Below are positions 10,355-20,800 of a stretch of 50,722 nt of DNA, in pieces. The number at the start of each line of letters is the position of its first letter. The first letter of the stretch is position 1. The notes under the pieces are model-generated. The model saw only the letters and a list, made by a program, of their open reading frames with translations. It made no database searches and was not told the DNA's origin. A program made the translations under genes and the position numbers. The stretch comes from an uncultured Bacillales bacterium. GTDB taxonomy: Bacteria; Bacillota_I; Bacilli_A; RF39; UBA660. Location of the stretch: positions 1 through 50,722 of the forward strand of contig CAMOID010000004.1 of NCBI GenBank assembly GCA_946615975.1, in the 5' to 3' direction.

Positions 10355-10939
10355 ATGGAACAAAAATATTATAACTATGAAACTGGAAATGATATTATTC
10401 AAGATGCAGATTATATTTTAGATAATGCTGATGATGAATTTATATCTCATAACTTCGAACAATATTTAGCAGCAATGGAAATTCATAATGCTAAAGAAAA
10501 AAGAGTTAGAAAAGCAGAAATAGAAAAAAGAAGATTAAATCAAAAACATCAACAAAAATTAAAAAGAAATAGATTATATGGATTTATTGCTGGTACAGTT
10601 TTAATGGCATGTGTTGGATGTGTTAAACCATCATTTATGGGTGGAGAAGAACTAGCTAATGATGTATATTCAATTATGGTTGATGAAGGATATGGTTGGA
10701 ATAACTATGAAAATGGTTGGGTATTTAACCATGGAACTCAATATGTTGATTTTGATGATGCTATAGAAGATATTAGAACAACTTGCTATAATGCAGGTTA
10801 TAATGATGCTCAAATAGATGTAGCTTTAAGTAAAATCTTACATTTACAACCTGAACATTCTACTTTAGCTGAAAGAATTGAAGCTAAAAAAGATAGATAT
10901 TATCAAGAAAAAGTAGAAGAAAAAGGAGTAACAAAGTAA
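10355..10939 (+). CDS. hypothetical single-pass membrane protein
   Basis: AGGAGG RBS; basic coiled segment then one hydrophobic helix. Confidence 0.7.
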   Translation: MEQKYYNYETGNDIIQDADYILDNADDEFISHNFEQYLAAMEIHNAKEKRVRKAEIEKRRLNQKHQQKLKRNRLYGFIAGTVLMACVGCVKPSFMGGEELANDVYSIMVDEGYGWNNYENGWVFNHGTQYVDFDDAIEDIRTTCYNAGYNDAQIDVALSKILHLQPEHSTLAERIEAKKDRYYQEKVEEKGVTK

Positions 10940-10940
10940 T

Positions 10941-11141
10941 ATGGATGTAGCTGTTGTTAGAATAGATGATATTGATTATACAATTGTTGAAGTAATAAAT
11001 GGATATGCATATTTAATTGATCTAGATAATCCTAATGATTTCTTAATTATGAAGGATGAAGGAGAAGAATTAGTAAGTATTACTGATGAAAATGAATTTG
11101 AAAATGCATTAAAATTATTTTCAGATAAAATAGCAGGTTAA
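10941..11141 (+). CDS. small acidic protein, DUF1292-like
   Basis: 66 aa, GGAG RBS, LVSITDENEFENALKLF ending reminiscent of DUF1292. Confidence 0.5.
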   Translation: MDVAVVRIDDIDYTIVEVINGYAYLIDLDNPNDFLIMKDEGEELVSITDENEFENALKLFSDKIAG

Positions 11142-11165
11142 AACCTGCTTTTTTTATGTTATAAT
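11132..11165 (+). terminator. intrinsic terminator fused to extended -10 promoter
   Basis: AGCAGGT/ACCTGCT stem with stop codon in loop, T7, TGTTATAAT (11157-11165). Confidence 0.8.
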
Positions 11166-11181
11166 GTTAGTGTGGTGAAGT

Positions 11182-11574
11182 ATGAAAGAAAAATCATGTG
11201 GAGCTATTGTTTTTAATGATAACTCAGTATTAATAATTGAACAGTTTCAAGGATTTTTTTCTTTTCCTAAAGGACATGTAGAAGGAAATGAAACTGAAGA
11301 AGAAACTGCTATAAGAGAAGTAAAAGAAGAAACTAATATAGATATAGAAATAATTAGTAAAAAGAAATATAAAATAAATTATAAAATAAATGGTAATATT
11401 AAAAAAGAAGTAGTATTCTTTATAGCTAAAGCTACTTCATTTAAATTAAAGAATCAAGAAAATGAGATAATATCTTGTGAGTGGATAGATAAAGATAAAG
11501 TATTAGATAAATTAACATATAATAATATAAAGAAGGTATATAAAAACGTTTTAAAACAATTAGATAGAAAGTAG
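11182..11574 (+). CDS. Nudix hydrolase (Ap4A hydrolase-like)
   Basis: EKSCGAIV, FPKGHVEGNETEEETAIREVKEETNI Nudix box. Confidence 0.88.
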   Translation: MKEKSCGAIVFNDNSVLIIEQFQGFFSFPKGHVEGNETEEETAIREVKEETNIDIEIISKKKYKINYKINGNIKKEVVFFIAKATSFKLKNQENEIISCEWIDKDKVLDKLTYNNIKKVYKNVLKQLDRK

Positions 11575-11584
11575 GTGAACTTAT

Positions 11585-14500
11585 ATGGCTCAACAAAGTG
11601 GAGACGCTCTTAGAATCTTAAATGATTTTAGAAATAAAATGAGAGATTTAAATATATTTATAAGTGAAACTGAAATTAGAAATTGGTATAATCTATATAC
11701 TAAATCAGATTTATCTTTAGATGACTTTAGAAAAAAAGTATATGATAGATTTAAAAAGTATAAAGAAAAATATAAAATAGCTTTAAGTGTAGAAGAAAAT
11801 CAAGATAATAAAGATTTATTAGATATAGATTTTAAATTAAAAGGAATTACATTGAATCATCAAGATATAGATATATTATCTATAATTGCATGTAATTCAT
11901 ATGAAGAATTAATTGAACTTGCTAAAAGTATAACTATTTTAGATATAGATGAATCATATATAAGTACATATGTATCTTTAGATGAAGCTAAAAGATTTGT
12001 ATATGAATCATATATAGATTCTTTATTAAATAAATATGAATGTTTTATTAATAAGAATCTTAAAACAAAAGCTAAGATTAATTTATTATTAAAAAAGAAT
12101 ATTTTAACTGAAGAAGAAGTTAAAGAATTAGTACAAATAATACAATCAGGATCTAATATTGATGATATGGTTGAACAAGTATATCAAATGTTTAATACTG
12201 ATGTTGCTAATAAAATATTTGAAATATTTAATGCAAGAATAGTATCTAAATCTGGAGTTAAAGAAAGTTCTTGGAGTGTTTATACAAGTATGTATGATGC
12301 TTTAAGTAAATTTGATACATTTACTTTAGATGATATTATTAAATATAATGCTGTTACTATGTTAAATGGTTCATATAACTATGAAAACTTTACTAGAGCA
12401 TTAGAACTTGCTAAGAAGTTTAATAAGAGAGTTAGATTAAATTCTATATTCTTTTATATGGATTTCCCAGATAGATATAAAAATAAATCTAAAGAAGAAA
12501 TTAAAGAATATTTAAGAAAATATGTAGTAGATTTATGTACATATATAAAAGAAAATGGATATGAAGATACAATTGAATCTATAGATGCTTTAAATGAATT
12601 ATTAAATAGAACTATAAGTAAAGTAGGAAATGAATATGATATAAGAGGATCTTATAAAGATAGCTCTGATAATTTTGCAGGTGGATGGTTAAATTATCTT
12701 TCATTAGAAGATGTATTAGATATATTATGTGATGCAAAAAGAATATTACCATATACTAACTTTATTTATAATGAAGTATATTTGTTTGAAGATAAAAAAT
12801 ATGATGCATTTATGTCTATCTTAGATAGAATACATAAATATGAAATATTACATAAGGTGAAATTAATAGATGGTATTGGAGAACAATTACATATAGATGC
12901 TTCTACTGATATATCTAAAATTGATAAATTATTAGAAAAATTAAAAGAAAGAAATATGCATATTAATATTACTGAATTTGATATGTATGTTAATCCTTCA
13001 GAAAAGTATTTAGTTCCAATTCAATTAGAAGAAATAAGACAAGCTAAAATGAATGAATTATATCAAGTATTATCTAAATATGAAGATATTATAGATAGTT
13101 TTACTATATGGAGTAAAACTGATGATATGGATCATAACTTAAGTAGAACTAATGAAAATAAAATTAAATATAAAGATAAATTAGTAGCTAACTTACATGG
13201 TGGTTACTTTGATATGGAATTTAATACTAAAAGAGATTCATTAATGGCTAACTTAAATGTAATAAATGGAAAAGCATTACAAAAATTTAATTTCCATACT
13301 CATACTAATAGATGTGGACTTATATCATCTTCTAAAGATGAAGATTATGTATTAGCAGCAATAAAAAAAGGTATGACTTCATTTGGTTTTACTGAACATG
13401 CTCCAAGTCCTAAAGTAGAATATGATGAAATAAATGAAAGATTAAGTAATGATCAAGTTACTGAATATATTAATAGTATAAGAAGATTAAATAGAGATTA
13501 TCCTGAAATAGATGTATTTGTAGGATTTGAAGCTCAATATTCAGAAGCATTAAAATTACATTTAATTAATTTAAGAAAACAAGTTGATTATATGATATTA
13601 GGTCAACATGAAGTTATTATAGATGGTGAAAAGGTTGATCCTAATGATAATCCTGAATATCCATTAATATATGCAAGAAGTATTATTAATGCTTTAGATT
13701 CAGGTATATTTGATATAGTAGCTCATCCTGATTATTTCATGGTTTATCGTGATACTTGTACTTCATTTGAAAACTATTCATTATTCATGGAAAATGCTAG
13801 TAAAGCAGCTGATATGATAGGTAGAAAATGTGAAGAATTAGATATACCATTAGAAATAAATCTAGATAGTATTACTAGAGTAGAACATGATAATTATAGA
13901 GATGGTGAACATTCATTTACTCATCCGTCATTCTTTAATGAATTAATAAAATATAATGTTAAATTTATGTATGGTGCAGATGCACATAGACCTAAAGCAA
14001 TTAAAGATATAAATGAAAATATTTTAAGAGCTGGGACAATATTAAAAACAAGTGAAATGATGTTTGTACCTGAAGATTATAATCCTGTTAAGAATAGGAA
14101 TCCTGAATTAGATCAAAGATTATTATTATCTGAAACTAATTCATATTCATATGAAACATATTTATTAATTAGCTTATTAGAAAGAATAACAGATGATTTT
14201 ACTACTAATGATTTAGATTTAAAAGCATTAGATAGAATTGAAGGATTAATTACTGAAATTCAAACTACTAGTAAAAAAGAATCTCAAAAGAAATTTGAAG
14301 ATTTATTAAATGTTGCTGAAGATTATTTTATATCTGATGAAGAAAGAGAAAAGAGATTAGATAATAATCTTAAATATATGGAAACATTTGGAGCTGTTAC
14401 AACATCTAGAATTAATTTATTATATAAATTAAAGAATATAATTGTTGAAGCTTCTAACTTAGGATGTTATACAAAAGAAGATTATTTAATTGTTTGTAAA

Positions 14501-14596
14501 GAATTAATAGAAAAATCTATTAATAAAGATGAAAATACAATTGAAAGAAGTAATCAAAATATTCAAAATTATATTAAGAAATTCTATAAAAAATAG
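11585..14596 (+). CDS. fusion protein: helical N-terminus, GH10-like TIM barrel, PHP phosphoesterase, helical C-terminus
   Basis: GH10-like IDALNE, IYNEVY, IDGIGEQLH, ITEFD, TIWSKTD; PHP NFHTHT, FTEHAP, GFEAQY, LGQHE, VAHPD, LEIN, GADAH; no signal peptide. Confidence 0.75.
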   Translation: MAQQSGDALRILNDFRNKMRDLNIFISETEIRNWYNLYTKSDLSLDDFRKKVYDRFKKYKEKYKIALSVEENQDNKDLLDIDFKLKGITLNHQDIDILSIIACNSYEELIELAKSITILDIDESYISTYVSLDEAKRFVYESYIDSLLNKYECFINKNLKTKAKINLLLKKNILTEEEVKELVQIIQSGSNIDDMVEQVYQMFNTDVANKIFEIFNARIVSKSGVKESSWSVYTSMYDALSKFDTFTLDDIIKYNAVTMLNGSYNYENFTRALELAKKFNKRVRLNSIFFYMDFPDRYKNKSKEEIKEYLRKYVVDLCTYIKENGYEDTIESIDALNELLNRTISKVGNEYDIRGSYKDSSDNFAGGWLNYLSLEDVLDILCDAKRILPYTNFIYNEVYLFEDKKYDAFMSILDRIHKYEILHKVKLIDGIGEQLHIDASTDISKIDKLLEKLKERNMHINITEFDMYVNPSEKYLVPIQLEEIRQAKMNELYQVLSKYEDIIDSFTIWSKTDDMDHNLSRTNENKIKYKDKLVANLHGGYFDMEFNTKRDSLMANLNVINGKALQKFNFHTHTNRCGLISSSKDEDYVLAAIKKGMTSFGFTEHAPSPKVEYDEINERLSNDQVTEYINSIRRLNRDYPEIDVFVGFEAQYSEALKLHLINLRKQVDYMILGQHEVIIDGEKVDPNDNPEYPLIYARSIINALDSGIFDIVAHPDYFMVYRDTCTSFENYSLFMENASKAADMIGRKCEELDIPLEINLDSITRVEHDNYRDGEHSFTHPSFFNELIKYNVKFMYGADAHRPKAIKDINENILRAGTILKTSEMMFVPEDYNPVKNRNPELDQRLLLSETNSYSYETYLLISLLERITDDFTTNDLDLKALDRIEGLITEIQTTSKKESQKKFEDLLNVAEDYFISDEEREKRLDNNLKYMETFGAVTTSRINLLYKLKNIIVEASNLGCYTKEDYLIVCKELIEKSINKDENTIERSNQNIQNYIKKFYKK

Positions 14597-14611
14597 AGAG
14601 GGAGATAACCT

Positions 14612-15772
14612 ATGAAAGTAGCTATTGTTGGTGGAGGTATATCTGGATTTGTATCTGCATTAAAGATAAATGGAGATATTACTATATATGAAAGTAATTC
14701 AGAACCACTTAAAAAATTAAGTGTTACAGGAAATGGTAGATGTAATTTTCTAAATGATGATATGAATTTAGATCACTATCATTCTGAATCTAATATAAAA
14801 GATTATATTCAAGATGATATAAAAGATACTGTATTAGATTTTATAAATGAATTAGAAATAGCTTATAAAATAAAAAATGGTTATTATTATCCTTTATCTA
14901 ATAAAGCTACTACTATTAAAAATGTTTTAATATATGAAGCTCATAAAAAGAATGTAAATATTTTATTAAATGAAAAAGTACATAATATAGAAAAACTTGG
15001 AAATGAATTTATAATTAATGGAAAAGATAAATATGATAAAGTTATTATTTCATCAGGATTAGGTAGTTATCCTCAAATAGGAGCAAGTACAGATGGTATT
15101 AAATTTGCTTCTAATATGAAACATGAAATAGTACCTATATTACCATCTTTAGTTCCTTTAACTACTGAACAATATGATTGGGATGGTATAAGATCTGATG
15201 CAAAAATAAGTATATTTGTAGATGGTAATAAAATCCATACTGAAGAAGGTGAAATACAACTTACTTCATATGGTATATCAGGTATATGTGTATTTAATGT
15301 ATCGAGATATGCATCTATAGCACTTGCTAATAAACAAGATGTATATGTATGTATTAATTTTGTACCTTCTATATCAAATATATATACTTATTTAAATAAT
15401 ACTAAGAATACAATTAATATAGTATTAAAGAGAATGATTAATGATAAATTAGCTAATATAATCATGTCTAATATTGATGTACCTAGAAATAAAACATTCA
15501 GTGAATTAACTGAAGATGAAAAAGTTATATTAATTAATGAATTAACTAATTTTAAATTATATGTAACTGGTACAATGAATTATAACCAATCTCAAGTAAC
15601 TAGAGGTGGTGTATCTTTAACTAATGTTGATTCTAATTTTGAATCTAAAATTGTACCAGGATTATATTTTACTGGTGAAGTATTAGATGTTGATGGTGAT
15701 TGTGGTGGCTATAATATAGCATTTGCTATTTATTCTGCTATTAAAGCATCAAGAGGTATTAATAATGATTAG
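14612..15772 (+). CDS. HI0933/YhiN-family flavoprotein
   Basis: VGGGISG, KLSVTGNGRCN, VTRGGV, GLYFTGEVLDVDGDCGGYN. Confidence 0.88.
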   Translation: MKVAIVGGGISGFVSALKINGDITIYESNSEPLKKLSVTGNGRCNFLNDDMNLDHYHSESNIKDYIQDDIKDTVLDFINELEIAYKIKNGYYYPLSNKATTIKNVLIYEAHKKNVNILLNEKVHNIEKLGNEFIINGKDKYDKVIISSGLGSYPQIGASTDGIKFASNMKHEIVPILPSLVPLTTEQYDWDGIRSDAKISIFVDGNKIHTEEGEIQLTSYGISGICVFNVSRYASIALANKQDVYVCINFVPSISNIYTYLNNTKNTINIVLKRMINDKLANIIMSNIDVPRNKTFSELTEDEKVILINELTNFKLYVTGTMNYNQSQVTRGGVSLTNVDSNFESKIVPGLYFTGEVLDVDGDCGGYNIAFAIYSAIKASRGINND

Positions 15773-17330
15773 AATTAGTAATATAAAAATTAATTATAAA
15801 TCTAATCAAGATATATCGATAAAGAATAAATTAAGTAAGATATTTAAGCAAGAAATAAATGAATATAAGATTAATAAAAGATCTATAGATGCAAGAGATA
15901 AAAATAATATCTTATTTGTATATACATTAGATGTTAATATTCAAAATGAAGATAAATATTTAAATGATACAATTAAAAAAGTAGGAAATGAAGAATATAA
16001 ATTTGAAGTAACTGGTACAAAAAAATTAACTAATAGACCAGTTGTTGTAGGATTTGGACCAGCTGGTATATTCTTATCATATATGCTTAGTTTATATGGA
16101 TATAAACCTCTTATTATTGAAAGAGGTAAGTCTATTGATGAAAGAGTAAAAGATGTAGAAAACTTCTTTAAAGATAATAATTTAAATCCTGAATCAAATA
16201 TACAATTTGGTGAAGGTGGAGCTGGTACTTTTTCAGATGGCAAGTTAAATACTTTAACTAAAGATGAAAACTTTAGATCTAAGAAAATATTTGAAATATT
16301 TGTAGAAAATGGAGCTCCTGAAGAGATTTTATATGATTATAAACCTCATATTGGAACTGATATATTAAGAACAGTTATTAAGAATATTAGAAATAAAATA
16401 TTAGATATGGGTGGAGAAATTAGATATAGTACTAAATTATCTAATATTAATATTAAAGATAATAGAGTTAAATCTATTATTGTTAATGATAATGAAGAAA
16501 TAACATGTGATAATTTATTTTTATGTATTGGACATTCAGCAAGAGATACTTTTTATATGTTAAATGATAATAAATTAGATATGAAAGCTAAACCTTTTGC
16601 TGTAGGTATTAGAATTGTACATAATAGAGAAGATATTAATAAGAGTATGTTTGGTAATGCTGATTTTAATATATTAGGCACTGCATCATATAAACTTACA
16701 TATAAATCTTCTAATGGTAGAGGAGTTTATTCATTTTGTATGTGTCCAGGTGGATATGTAGTAAATGCATCATCTGAATTAAATAGATTAGCTATAAATG
16801 GTATGTCTAACTATGATAGAATGTCTAATTCTAGTAATTCAGCTATAGTTGTAACTGTATCTCCAACAGACTTTGGTAATAATATATTTGATGGTATAGA
16901 ATATCAAAGAAAATTAGAAGAAAAAGCATATGAATTAGGTAATTCTTATATACCTGTTCAATTATATAAAGATTATATTAATAATATTTCTAGTAAAGAA
17001 TATGGTAACATTTTACCTGAAGTAAAAGGTTTTACTCAATTTAGTAATTTAAATGAGTTATTTCCTGAATATATAAATGAATCTCTTAAAGAAGCTATTC
17101 CATATTTTGGAACTAAAATAAAAGGATATGATAATCCTGATTCAGTTATGATGGGAATAGAATCAAGAACTAGTAGTCCTGTTACCATTATAAGAGATGA
17201 AAATCATGAATCTAATATTAAAGGAATCTACCCAGTTGGTGAGGGTGCAGGGTATGCTGGTGGTATTACTACAGCTGCTATAGATGGCATAAAAACATTT
17301 GAAAAATTTGCTAGTATTTATAAAGCTTAA
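15765..17330 (+). CDS. FAD-dependent oxidoreductase (COG2509-like)
   Basis: GFGPAG, QFGEGGAGTFSDGKL, FCMCPGG, GEGAGYAGGI; ATG 15765 behind GAGGT. Confidence 0.85.
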   Translation: MIRISNIKINYKSNQDISIKNKLSKIFKQEINEYKINKRSIDARDKNNILFVYTLDVNIQNEDKYLNDTIKKVGNEEYKFEVTGTKKLTNRPVVVGFGPAGIFLSYMLSLYGYKPLIIERGKSIDERVKDVENFFKDNNLNPESNIQFGEGGAGTFSDGKLNTLTKDENFRSKKIFEIFVENGAPEEILYDYKPHIGTDILRTVIKNIRNKILDMGGEIRYSTKLSNINIKDNRVKSIIVNDNEEITCDNLFLCIGHSARDTFYMLNDNKLDMKAKPFAVGIRIVHNREDINKSMFGNADFNILGTASYKLTYKSSNGRGVYSFCMCPGGYVVNASSELNRLAINGMSNYDRMSNSSNSAIVVTVSPTDFGNNIFDGIEYQRKLEEKAYELGNSYIPVQLYKDYINNISSKEYGNILPEVKGFTQFSNLNELFPEYINESLKEAIPYFGTKIKGYDNPDSVMMGIESRTSSPVTIIRDENHESNIKGIYPVGEGAGYAGGITTAAIDGIKTFEKFASIYKA

Positions 17331-17359
17331 AAAGATAGTAAAAAAACTATCTTTTTTTT
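17330..17359 (+). terminator. intrinsic terminator
   Basis: AAAAGATAGT/ACTATCTTTT hairpin plus T-run. Confidence 0.75.
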
Positions 17360-17440
17360 GTTAAAATTATGCTTATTTTATTGTAAAAATTTGTTATTTT
17401 TAGTATGATTATTGTATAGGTATTATAGGGAAGTGACGAT

Positions 17441-17854
17441 ATGAGAGAATTTATCAAAAATAATAAAAGAATAGTTACTATTTCATCTCTTGCTTTTGTT
17501 GCAGTATTATTTACTGTTATAGTAATAATTAATGCTACTAAGGCTGGTTCAGATGTACAAATAGACGGTGATTTATATATTACTGCTAGTGCACCAACAA
17601 AAGATGCAAATAATATATATACATTCACTGGTGAACTATATACTAAGAAAGAAACTAAGAATGTTAAATCAATTGATATTAATTTAACTGGATGTAAGGG
17701 TGGTAAATCTGTTACATTACATGGATATGTTAATCAAAGTATTGAATATGGTGAATATGTAACTGTTACTGCTTCTACAGATTTAGAGATAGTTAATTGT
17801 AAAACAACATATAATGTTACATATAATACTGAAGACGAAGGGAGTGGTGAATAA
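17441..17854 (+). CDS. membrane-anchored extracellular beta-sandwich protein
   Basis: N-terminal TM helix, beta-strand-rich remainder with two Cys; stop/start coupled to next gene. Confidence 0.65.
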   Translation: MREFIKNNKRIVTISSLAFVAVLFTVIVIINATKAGSDVQIDGDLYITASAPTKDANNIYTFTGELYTKKETKNVKSIDINLTGCKGGKSVTLHGYVNQSIEYGEYVTVTASTDLEIVNCKTTYNVTYNTEDEGSGE

Positions 17855-20800
17855 TGATACAAATTCCTGACGTTAAAGGTAAATCTTTAAGAGAAACAAA
17901 AAATAAATTTGATGATTGGGGTTTAAGATACGACCAAGTTAAAGAAATAAATTCTTTTAATACTGAAAAAGGTAAAGTAGTTAAGACTGAACCTCCAATT
18001 GGATCTCAAGTTAGTTATGGAGATTTAATTACAATATATGTAAGTAAGAGAAAAACTTATCCAATATTTATTGTATTATTTGCTGTATTATTAATTGGTT
18101 TATTATTAGGTAAAGGAACTATTAGTAAGATAATAGAAAATTCTAAGAAGAAACCAACTGAAGCAAATGTATGCTTATTAAACTGTGATACAAATGGTGA
18201 TGGTGTTCCTGATACTAACCTTGATACAGATGGTGATGGTAAATGTGATTCCAACTGTGAAGGTGATGTTGAACAAAATGGTTCAGGAGAATCAGTTGAT
18301 GGTAAAAAGAATGATAATCCACAAGGAGAAAAGAAATCTAATGAACCTGCTCCTGTTGTTAGAGTAGAAACTGGAAAACAAGGTGGAGATACAGTTGTTA
18401 AAGTTGTAGAAACTAAAGGAAATGCTACAACAATCAAATATTCAAATGGTTCTAAGAATGTTGAATATTTCACTAGTGGAAATGGTCAAACTATTGCTAT
18501 TGGTGAATATGTAATTATTGGTAATTCAGGAACTATTACATTCTATGCTGGTAATGGTTCTGGTGGTGGAAGTACTACTGAAGTAGATGTTAATCCAACA
18601 GAAGATGATGTAACACCTCCTTCATATGAAGTTACTGTTCCTACTAAATATAGTAAAGATCCATATGCAACATTAACATATGATCCTAAAGATGCTGTTA
18701 AAGTTAAAGTTTTAAGAGGAGATCAATCTTTAGAAGATGTTAAAGCAGATGGTAAAGATATATCTACTAAGAAATCATATAGTTTATGTGGTAGTGAAAA
18801 GAATGAAGAAAATTGTACTGGTTCTTGGACATTTGGTTTCTGGGATAAAGCTGGTAATGGTATAACTGAAACTGTTACATTTGATAAATATGATAGTACT
18901 AAACCTTCATTTACAATTGATGGTGATTTCATTACAGCTAAGAAAACAGTTAGTGCTATTATTAAAGCTACTGATGATAACGATTCAGGTGATCCTGATT
19001 ACTTCACAATTTATTATACAAGTGGTAAGAAGACACCTACACAAATTGATAAAATGTCTGAATGTAAGACATCTACAATTGATAATTGTAAGATGAGATT
19101 AGTTAATAATGAACATTTAGGTATTAAAGAAAACGATACTTATACATTTATAGTTTATGATGAAGCTCTTAACTATGAAACATCATTTACTAAAACTGGT
19201 GGAACAGAAAAGAATGATTATCTAACAGTTGAAAATGTTGTAAGTGAATTGACTCCTCCAATATTTAATTTAAATGAATATGGATGGAGTACAGATAAAG
19301 TTGTTTCTATTGCTTATCCAGATGGTGGATTAGGTGATTATGAATATTCATTAGATGGTGGTAATACTTGGGAAACATATATGGATCCAATTAGATTTGA
19401 AGATGATGGATCTGTACATGAAATTATTGCTAGAGTACAAGGATTAACTGAAACATTAACTTCTAGTTCAATTGTTGTTACTAAGATAGATAATGAAGAA
19501 CCTGAATTTGAAATGGGTATTGGTACTAAAGTTCCATTAGGAGTAAGTACTTCAATTCCTACATATGTAAAATCTATGAAATCAGGTTCAACTGTTAAAT
19601 GTTATTATGGTAAACATGGACAAGCAGTTAATAATGAATTTACTAATTTAAATCAAATAACTGAATTAGGATATTATGATTTTAAATGTACAATGGTAAG
19701 TGGATCTGGTAAGACAGCACCAGAACAAAATGCTACAAACGTTAAAGTATTTACTGGTGTTAAATTAACATTCAATGTTACTGAAGGTGGTATATTCGAT
19801 GATGAAACATGTGAAGATACAAGTAACGAATGTAATGAAGCTAAGACTAAATTAATTAGAAATATTGAAAAAGGTGACTCAATTGGAACACTTCCAAAAG
19901 TTATTAAAGATGGTTACAAAGGATCATGGTTTACTGATGCAACTGCTGGTGATCAAGTAAGTGCAAATCAAAAACCTGAAGAAAATGCTGAATATTATAC
20001 ACATTGGGGTCCTGGTGATTATATAATCGTTCTTGATGCTTGTGGTGAATATGGAGAAGGCTGTGGAGCTAAAGTTGAAGGACTTGAAAAAGTAACTAAG
20101 AATATTCCAAGTAACAGTAGTATGATGTATGCAACTAATGTTCCTACACCAGTTTGGGATGGACATATATTCATTGGTTGGTATTCATCAAATGGACAAC
20201 ATGTTACTAGTGAAACTAAACCAACTAAGAGTGATACATTAAAAGCTCATTGGATGGGAAGTACAGGAAATGCTGTTGAATTAATTCAAGGATTATATGA
20301 TAGTGGTTCTTATGATAATGTATTAAAGAAATTAGATGGAACTAATATTAGATATGTTGGTAATAATCCAGATAACTATGTATCATTAAATAATGGTAAT
20401 AGTGGACCAAACTTCAGAATTATTGGTGTAATGAATGTAAGTACACCAAATGGTAATAAGAAGTTAGTTAAACTTGTTGGTACTAAGAATGGTTCATCAA
20501 TGGTAAGTGGAACATATCAAATAGATTCAGAACAAAAACAATTTACAAGTAGTGAATTAAAAGATATATTACAAACTCAACCATTTGCAGATTATGCCGA
20601 AACTGTAACATTTAAAGTTGGTAGTGCTTCTTTAAATAATACATTTGGTGAAGTATTTGCAAGTGAATCAAGTAGTTCTGATTCATATGCTGGTAAAGTT
20701 GGTTTAATAAGTATAAGTGATATTGGTTATTCTTCAGCTGATTCAGATGTTAATACTACTAAGGTAACTGCTAACAATTCAATTAATATTTATAATTCAT

